A stretch of 64,000 nucleotides of DNA from a virus: positions 19,141 to 83,140 of the IMG/VR virus record IMGVR_UViG_3300050014_000073; one strand, written 5' to 3'. Under the pieces are notes generated by a model. It did not search any database and had not been told where the DNA came from. It worked only from the letters and a program-made list of their open reading frames with translations. The translations under genes and the position numbers were made by a program. Positions within the stretch are counted from its first letter, which is position 1, and every line of letters begins with the position of its first letter. Below are positions 57,286-64,000 of the stretch, piece after piece.

Positions 57286-57819
57286 ATGATTGCCGAAACC
57301 CGTATTCCTATCACTCTCGATAAAGAGAGAGTGATGTATTTCAATGCCAACAGCATGACCGCTTTTGAAGATGCTACTGGCAAGTCCTTTCTTGACGTCG
57401 TTGCTTCTCTCTACGACGTCATGCGCCCGATGATTGAGCAGGTCCGTAAGAACCAGAAGCTTTCGAAGGGAGACCCCGGTATCGTTCCTATCAGTTCCGG
57501 AGAGATCCTCAGAAAAGTTTCGATGAAGGATCTTACGGCTCTGCTCTGGGCATCCATCCACGAGTATGACTCGAAGGACGAACCCCACTGGCCTCTAACT
57601 CTAGGTCAGGTCCGCCGCTACATCACTCCTACTTCCATTCCGAAGATCTTTCATGACTTCCTCGCTGGGCAAACTTCCAACAGCCCCACGGTGGCTGAAA
57701 TGGGGGAATCCCCAGCGTCGCCCGCACCTCCTCCGATAAACGGAAACACGGCGGCGCTGAAAACCGATCCCGCTGGTGGGGAACGTTCTACCGAATTGCC
57801 CGTGGACGCCTTCGCCTAA
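57286..57819 (+). CDS. tail assembly chaperone (gpG-like)
   Basis: Between tube and tape measure; contains the slippery site. Confidence 0.8.
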   Translation: MIAETRIPITLDKERVMYFNANSMTAFEDATGKSFLDVVASLYDVMRPMIEQVRKNQKLSKGDPGIVPISSGEILRKVSMKDLTALLWASIHEYDSKDEPHWPLTLGQVRRYITPTSIPKIFHDFLAGQTSNSPTVAEMGESPASPAPPPINGNTAALKTDPAGGERSTELPVDAFA

Positions 57820-58088
57820 CCGAACGCGAGGTAGGGCTTCTTACTTTACGGAAGCTCTATCTCCTGCTTGGTGAATGGTACTATCAACAACAGCTCGAAG
57901 ATGGGCGTTGTTACCGTATGATTGCTGTCCACTGCAAGGAACCTCCAGAAGCCGGAGTCCTGTTTCCGTTCCTTAGAGAGTCTTCTGAAGGTACTGAAGA
58001 TGATATAGATTCTGGCTCTATTGATGACTTCGCCAACTTCCAACAAGTGACCGCCTCTCTTACTGCTCCGATGATGCCTTCGAAGTAA
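57702..58088 (+). CDS. -1 frameshift extension of the tail chaperone (gpT-like)
   Basis: G GGG GAA at 57702-57708; the -1 frame stays open (GIPSVARTSS...LTLRKLYLLL...MMPSK*) to TAA 58086-58088, 3 nt before the TMP. Confidence 0.8.
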   Translation, partial: GGIPSVARTSSDKRKHGGAENRSRWWGTFYRIARGRLRLTEREVGLLTLRKLYLLLGEWYYQQQLEDGRCYRMIAVHCKEPPEAGVLFPFLRESSEGTEDDIDSGSIDDFANFQQVTASLTAPMMPSK

Positions 58089-58091
58089 TCT

Positions 58092-61000
58092 ATGAGTGAC
58101 ACTCTCGCAGACTTAGTGGTTCGTCTATCCGCAGATTTCGGAGACGTGTCTTCCCAGATAGGGAACCTCGGAAACCAGCTCGACAGTCTCAAGGGGACTT
58201 CCGAGGAAGTTGCTAACGAATTCAAAGCGCTCGGTGACCAGCTGGACCTTTTCGGTGACCAGCTGGCGATCCCGGTTGAGGATACGACCGGGCAGCTGGA
58301 ACTGTTTCCGTCGATCTTGGAGGAGGTTAGTTCATCTGCTGATGACGCCGGTGAAAAGTCTTCCCTGTTTGGGGATATTCTCAATTCACTGGGCATTGCA
58401 GCGGCCGGAGCTATTGAGTTCCTACAAAACTTAGGAGGCGCTGAAGACGAGGCAGGGGCGAGTGCTTCCAATGCAAGTGAGGGAACAGGTGAACTTCTCT
58501 CTAATTTATTGGAACTGGGAGGAATTACTCTTGGTCTGGTAGGTTTGAAGGAGGCAGCTACTGAAGCTTTTGAAGCATTCGCACATGAGGAACGCGCCAC
58601 TGAAGCCCTAACTGCACTCACGGGGAGTTCCAAGACCGCTGAAGAGATGATCGTCAACCTGAAAGCGCAGGCGATGCATCTGGGGCTTCCTATTGAAGAG
58701 ACAATCCAAGCTGCGCAACGGATGACAGCATTCGGATTCTCTCTTGATAAGATTCCGCCTCTTATAGAGGCGACAGCTAATGCTTCCCGCGCCATGAACA
58801 AGGACTTCGGTTCTCTGGCACAGATGATTGAACGGGTTGCAATGTCTGGAATGGCAAACAACCGCTTCCTAGCCCAGATGGGTCTGTCTACTGAACTTCT
58901 CGGTAAGGCAATGGGCATCATGGGTTCGCAGGTTCAGAAAGCCTTTCGGGACATGAGTCAGGAGCAGCGCATTGATGTCATGCTTACGGCGCTGGATAAG
59001 TTCAAAGGATTAGCAGCTTCCACAGCAGACGATCTTACTGGCTCCTGGCAGAAAATGAAGGATCAAAGCGAACTGGTTTTCGAGTCTTTTGGTTCCGCAA
59101 TGAGCACTTTCGCTAAGGACTTCTTGGGAAGCGTGGGCGAAATCATCCGTTCTATTGGAGACATCGGAAAGGGAGTGGGATCTTTAGTAGAGTATTTGAA
59201 TCATGTTCCGGAAGCAATGGAAGCTGCAAAAGTTTTCATTCTTGCCAGTCTTACGGCAATTGCTCCCGAACTGGTCATACTAGGAGTTACGGCTGCAAAG
59301 TTGATGGACCTCATCAATGCTTTGCACGCGGAGCAAGATGCGCAGAAGCTTACGTCGGAAGCTGAAGATCAAACAGCCGACAGTCTTGGGAAGATGCACA
59401 ACAAAGTCCAGGATCTGGCGAAGGCGTATCCCGAAGTGATCGCAAAGCTGGAAGCTTTCCGAGATCAATATGAAAAGGGGCAGATCACTGCAGTAGGTTA
59501 TGCAAACCGGATGGTTCAGATAAAAGAGTCTCTGATAGCTCTCCATCCTGAACTAGTAAAGACTGCAACGGCAATCTCTTTAGCAGCTGCGAAGGCTGAA
59601 GGCACTGCGTCAACAATGAAGAGCCTTCACGAAGGAGTTACACGAGCAGCTGATGCACTCGTGAAAGCTGATGCTGCCTTCAAAGCCGGAACTGGATCTG
59701 AAGAGGATCTCCAGAAAGCTACCAAGGGGCTTACCGAAGCTCAGTCCGCTCTCGAAGCAGCAACCCAGAAGTCAACTGCTGCTCAAACTGAACTGATTAC
59801 TGCTACGACTGCTCACCAGGTTGCACTGTTGAATGCAGAGCGGACCGGAATCGAGGCAAGGAAAACTCTCAGGAACGCCAGCGATGCTGAGACGACTGCT
59901 GCTCTTATCGATCTCAACAACACGGAGATGGCTATCGAGATTTCTGGTCTGACAAAAAGGATGGCGCTTGAAGCTGATGCTCCCGCAAAACAGGAACGTC
60001 TCAAAGCGCAAGTCCAAGCCGTGAAAGACAAGTGGGCCGCTAAGAATCAGGAACTGACAAACAAGCAGCTTGAAAGCGACCAGAAGTTTGTAGACAAGTG
60101 GCAGGATTACAAGGAGAAGTACGGGCACATTCTTAGCGACATGAATGCTGAGACCCATGGCTACATCTCGACGATGCTGGGAATAGATCCTACCATTGAC
60201 AAAGTTCTAGAAGCAGAAAAGAAATTAGAGGATGAAGTAAAGAAGCAGCAGAAGACCTTTGACAAGTCGATGATGAAATGGGATGAGACGAATGCCATCG
60301 CGGCAAAGATGGTCCCAATTACAGTAGACATCACCGATCGTTTGACTAAGATGGGAACGGAAGGATCAGCAGCTCTCGCAAAGATTCTTGGAGCTGAACA
60401 GAAACTTGGAGTTGGGGGTAAAGACACAGGCGAGGAACTGGTTGCTGCATTCTCCGAATTGTCTCAATTCTCGAGCACAGTAGGATTTGCCAAGATTGCT
60501 GAAGCCGCGGAAAGGGTTAGCAGTATTGTCTCCAAACTAGCACGGACTGATCTACCTGCTGCTATTGAAGCGCAGAAAGCTCTAGTTGCGGGTCTTCAGA
60601 ACACTGAGGGAGCAACTGGACTGCTTAACATCGAGCAGGAGAAGCTGCTTGAGATGCAAATCAAGTTGGCAGCAGAGAGCGGAAAAGATGCCACAACTGA
60701 AGCAATTGCTTTAACAAACTTGCAGGCGAAAACTCAAGCATTAAAAGAAGTTAGTACTGGAGTTGGCGAGATCTATGCAGGCTTACTGAAGGATTTCGAA
60801 GGCACGTTTGACGCTTTGGGACGTGGTATCACTGACGGGATCATGAAAACAGAGAAGTGGGCAGAGGTTTGGAAGAAGTTTGCAAAAGACGTAGGAACGG
60901 AATTGATCTCTACTCTCATCAACGGGGCTTTGAAACTTGTCGTAGCAGGAATTATGGCGCAGCTCCCAGCGCTTGCGGTGGTCACTGCTGCGCATACTAC

Positions 61001-61466
61001 AGCTGCTTCTACAGCAGCTGCTTCCGAGACAGCAATTACGGCGGCGATGCGGATTTCTGAAGTAACAGGAGAAGCCGGTGTTGCAGCAGCGTCAGCATTC
61101 GCAGCCTACGCGGGAATCCCATTTGTTGGGGAGGCTCTTGGAGCTGCTGCTGCAACGTCAGCTTTCGCAGCAGTAATGGCGTTTTTGCCAGCTGCTGCTG
61201 CTGAGGGAGGTTTTGACGTAGGCAACGTAGCTCCTATAACTCAACTCCATCCGAAGGAAATGGTTCTTCCTTCATATATCTCTGAGGGACTTCGCGGAAT
61301 GATTCGAGGACAGAGCCCTTCCGCTATGACAGCAGCAACAGGGCAAGCAGGATCTAATGGTTTGACATTGAATAATCCTCACTTCCATGGCTACAGCGTC
61401 CAGGATGCAGATGGACTGATGAATGCCGTCTTTAAAGCAGCACGACGAGTAGGATTAAAGGCGTAA
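58092..61466 (+). CDS. tape measure protein
   Basis: 1124-aa Ala-rich helical protein; LADLVVRLSAD N-terminus, tape-measure domain, C-terminal AEGGFDV...LHPKEMVLP. Confidence 0.93.
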   Translation: MSDTLADLVVRLSADFGDVSSQIGNLGNQLDSLKGTSEEVANEFKALGDQLDLFGDQLAIPVEDTTGQLELFPSILEEVSSSADDAGEKSSLFGDILNSLGIAAAGAIEFLQNLGGAEDEAGASASNASEGTGELLSNLLELGGITLGLVGLKEAATEAFEAFAHEERATEALTALTGSSKTAEEMIVNLKAQAMHLGLPIEETIQAAQRMTAFGFSLDKIPPLIEATANASRAMNKDFGSLAQMIERVAMSGMANNRFLAQMGLSTELLGKAMGIMGSQVQKAFRDMSQEQRIDVMLTALDKFKGLAASTADDLTGSWQKMKDQSELVFESFGSAMSTFAKDFLGSVGEIIRSIGDIGKGVGSLVEYLNHVPEAMEAAKVFILASLTAIAPELVILGVTAAKLMDLINALHAEQDAQKLTSEAEDQTADSLGKMHNKVQDLAKAYPEVIAKLEAFRDQYEKGQITAVGYANRMVQIKESLIALHPELVKTATAISLAAAKAEGTASTMKSLHEGVTRAADALVKADAAFKAGTGSEEDLQKATKGLTEAQSALEAATQKSTAAQTELITATTAHQVALLNAERTGIEARKTLRNASDAETTAALIDLNNTEMAIEISGLTKRMALEADAPAKQERLKAQVQAVKDKWAAKNQELTNKQLESDQKFVDKWQDYKEKYGHILSDMNAETHGYISTMLGIDPTIDKVLEAEKKLEDEVKKQQKTFDKSMMKWDETNAIAAKMVPITVDITDRLTKMGTEGSAALAKILGAEQKLGVGGKDTGEELVAAFSELSQFSSTVGFAKIAEAAERVSSIVSKLARTDLPAAIEAQKALVAGLQNTEGATGLLNIEQEKLLEMQIKLAAESGKDATTEAIALTNLQAKTQALKEVSTGVGEIYAGLLKDFEGTFDALGRGITDGIMKTEKWAEVWKKFAKDVGTELISTLINGALKLVVAGIMAQLPALAVVTAAHTTAASTAAASETAITAAMRISEVTGEAGVAAASAFAAYAGIPFVGEALGAAAATSAFAAVMAFLPAAAAEGGFDVGNVAPITQLHPKEMVLPSYISEGLRGMIRGQSPSAMTAATGQAGSNGLTLNNPHFHGYSVQDADGLMNAVFKAARRVGLKA

Positions 61467-61477
61467 ATGGAGCAAAT

Positions 61478-63988
61478 ATGAGCGGCTATGTGCCTTCACC
61501 TGCGAGTGCAAAGAGTCTGCATGTTCTTCTTGGTTATGTTGCTACCTCAGTGAACAATAGCGTACTCACTTCACCTGTCACTTCAAATCTGAATGCAATC
61601 AATATCGTGTCTGCTCCTGGAACACTTCAGTCTTTTCTTACTTCTGATGTGGGTTGTATCGTGCAGGTCTTCGGCTGTGGACCTCCGGATGCAAACGGAA
61701 ATCCGACACCTTTGTGGACAACGATAGCGAGTGTTGCATCAGTGAGAGGGCAACGCTCTGCGACGATTACAGACGCAGCTTCAATTGGGTTTACAGGAGT
61801 ATGGATCGTTCTCTACCGTGAACTTCTTTACGAAGGACCAAGCAGCTATGCTCCCTATGTTTTGCAGGGTTCGATGCGTTTCCAACAATCGATCACTAAC
61901 ACTGGGACGTTTGAGTTTACAGTTATATCGAATACTGGAAGCATAACCGCACCACCAGTAGTTGGACAGCCTGTTCTTCTCATAGACGACGAGATGGGTG
62001 ATGTGTTTGGCGGTTCCATCACGCAAACAACAGCTTCGAACATTCCGGGAAGTGCTCTTGTCAAGACTGAATGCCAATGCGAATCCTGGGATCAGATTTT
62101 CCGGCGGCGATTGCTCATGATGACGGGAGCTTTTGCTCTCGGGAATGCAACGCAGAACATTCTTGAATCTGTTCCCGGACAAGTCATTTTCGTTCTTGAC
62201 TTCCAACCCACTGCAATCTACTCTATTACGTTGGGAGGCGTAGCACAGACCTTTGCACTTGCTCCAACTCCTGGAGTCGATTTTCAGTGGACTCTTTGGG
62301 ACCCATGGCTCTACCAAGTTTCTGGAGCGCCACCGAGCGAAGACAATCCACTTGTCATCAACTACCAGGGGCAGGGTGCGACGGACAGCCCGCCAAGCTA
62401 TAGCAACTTATCAGCAGGTGAAATTGTCTCCACGCTGGCGTTGTTATTGTGGCAGGAGGGTATAAGTCTTGGAACAATCATTCCTGGTCCGATGGTAGAT
62501 CTTCTATCCCTTACAAAGCAGGACACTATTGGCTCTGCATTTGACACACTCTGTAAGTATATTAGCACTCCGACTGGAGGAACATACTTAGTACAGATGG
62601 GGGCGCGGCGGCAATTGAATTTCACTCTTTGCGGAGTAACGAACCCTGCTCCTTGGAATATCGATGTGGACGACCAGAGTGATGAGAATGTTCTTATTCA
62701 GATCAAACAGTTAATCACTCGTGAAAAGTTTGCGGATGCTGCATTAGTTTCCACAAATACTCTCGCGGGTGGAACGGTCACGCTTCAATTTTGGGGTACT
62801 GGCAGCACTGAAAATTGGAACACGCCACTTCCTATTGGTGCTGCTCCGACGATCACCAGAACAACCAATGTAGGCGTACCTGGTTACGGTCCCATACCTC
62901 CTCCGATTGTCCGCACTCAGACCGTGAAGCTCCTCTCGACGGCTCCTGTTCCACCTCCAACATTTGACTGGTACTGGAATCCTTCGTCTACAGGGCTCAC
63001 ACGTGCCGGAGCTCTCGGAAACTGGCTAGCAAGTTTTACATACGGTATATCGGATATCGTAAATCCTTCGTTAGGAGGCAATCCGCAATACATAAGTCTT
63101 CAAGCAGGGAATATTGGACACTGGCCGCAACTGTTACCCTTCGACGGAAGCGGACGGGTAGGATATAGCGTAGGAGATATCGTAACCAGCATTGGTACGC
63201 CACCAACCTGGATTTGCATTCAAGCTATCACCGCTGATGAGGCGGCATTCACTGAGTATGTGCCACAATACCCCTCCATATATTGGTCTCCGATTGAGGG
63301 ATGGGAAAACCTGCCGACGACTTACGATGCGTTTCCTAGCAGCTCCCACGTGTGCTCTTGTTTCTTTGGGTCGCGTGTCTACAAATGCATTGCAGACACA
63401 AGCGGCGCTCCGAATAATCTCTACCCGGACGAATACCCAACCTACTGGCAGGACATCACGGATGAATGGTGGCAATACAGGGATCTTCAAAGCAATGAAT
63501 ACTTGACGGTCACTTATGCTCCAGAGACGATTCTGGTACAGCAGTATGTTGAAGCCTCCGTTGCGGCACAGCGCGCAGCTATTGAGGGAGGGACGGGTGA
63601 GTATGACGCTTACGAGGACACTAGTTCTTCTCAGCCCTTTGTGCTTTTGCCAGATCAGAGCGTAGCGCAGATTGTAGCAGCTACCTACGACCAACTTACG
63701 CAAGAGGTCACGGTTGCTACATACCGTAGTGGTTTGATGCCTGCGCAGTCAATCACGGTCAACTTGCCTGAGATACAGGCAGTCGGCTCATTTGTCGTAC
63801 AATCAGTGGAACTGACTGACGAGGACAATCTCTCGCTCTGGAAAGTCACGATTATCGCAGGCGCAGTGATTGGTGATTGGAAGAATGCAATCAAAGCAAT
63901 GTCTAGTGGAGGGACAACCGCGAGTGGCAGTGGAGCGGTATCGGCGGCATCTGGCGTGACCATTCACGGCGTTCCGGCGGATTACTAA
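61478..63988 (+). CDS. tail tip / baseplate hub-like structural protein
   Basis: Follows the TMP; beta-rich; VFGGSI, GLMPAQSITV...FVVQSV; Trp/Tyr-rich carbohydrate-binding-like repeats. Confidence 0.75.
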   Translation: MSGYVPSPASAKSLHVLLGYVATSVNNSVLTSPVTSNLNAINIVSAPGTLQSFLTSDVGCIVQVFGCGPPDANGNPTPLWTTIASVASVRGQRSATITDAASIGFTGVWIVLYRELLYEGPSSYAPYVLQGSMRFQQSITNTGTFEFTVISNTGSITAPPVVGQPVLLIDDEMGDVFGGSITQTTASNIPGSALVKTECQCESWDQIFRRRLLMMTGAFALGNATQNILESVPGQVIFVLDFQPTAIYSITLGGVAQTFALAPTPGVDFQWTLWDPWLYQVSGAPPSEDNPLVINYQGQGATDSPPSYSNLSAGEIVSTLALLLWQEGISLGTIIPGPMVDLLSLTKQDTIGSAFDTLCKYISTPTGGTYLVQMGARRQLNFTLCGVTNPAPWNIDVDDQSDENVLIQIKQLITREKFADAALVSTNTLAGGTVTLQFWGTGSTENWNTPLPIGAAPTITRTTNVGVPGYGPIPPPIVRTQTVKLLSTAPVPPPTFDWYWNPSSTGLTRAGALGNWLASFTYGISDIVNPSLGGNPQYISLQAGNIGHWPQLLPFDGSGRVGYSVGDIVTSIGTPPTWICIQAITADEAAFTEYVPQYPSIYWSPIEGWENLPTTYDAFPSSSHVCSCFFGSRVYKCIADTSGAPNNLYPDEYPTYWQDITDEWWQYRDLQSNEYLTVTYAPETILVQQYVEASVAAQRAAIEGGTGEYDAYEDTSSSQPFVLLPDQSVAQIVAATYDQLTQEVTVATYRSGLMPAQSITVNLPEIQAVGSFVVQSVELTDEDNLSLWKVTIIAGAVIGDWKNAIKAMSSGGTTASGSGAVSAASGVTIHGVPADY

Positions 63989-64000
63989 TATGCCAACTCA

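Noticed and set aside
57911-58921. 336-aa minus-strand ORF
   Set aside because: Antisense shadow of the tape measure gene with no recognisable motifs.
1-64000. tRNA/rRNA genes, integrase, reverse transcriptase/DGR, stop-codon reassignment
   Set aside because: None were recognised by eye, and core genes translate full-length in the standard code. A tRNAscan/Infernal run is needed to exclude small RNAs.

Overview
The window is a 64-kb piece of a tailed dsDNA phage genome, probably siphovirus-like (tail tube, frameshifted tail chaperone, 1124-aa tape measure). No integrase, tRNA or CRISPR array is visible. Layout: 1-8 kb, leftward replication module (5'-3' exonuclease, HTH regulator, primase, C5 methyltransferase, DnaB-like helicase) with an inserted PEP-CTERM gene and two Ser/Arg/Trp hexamer-repeat ORFs. 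8.7-16.8 kb, rightward DNA-modification operon: amino acid:DNA transferase, P-loop kinase, 5-hmdU DNA kinase, TAGT-like glycosyltransferase, radical SAM/SPASM enzyme, dUMP hydroxymethylase, HD hydrolase and an internally deleted PurZ-like relic. 19.8-22.1 kb, terminase genes. 22-32 kb, an island of signal-peptide-bearing fibre/beta-helix proteins plus a patatin. 32.5-46 kb, head genes including a multi-enzyme polyprotein ending in an XkdF-like protease. 47-56 kb, head-tail connectors interleaved with about eight glycosyl/methyltransferase-like genes. 56.8-64 kb, tail genes. The best candidates for new biology are an uncharacterised thymidine hypermodification pathway with a Z-base relic, a capsid-targeting leader plus Lys-cleaved polyprotein cargo system, a large virion-glycosylation cluster, and a dispersed family of helically periodic non-coding repeats. 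All family calls come from motif recognition by eye; no database searches were run.
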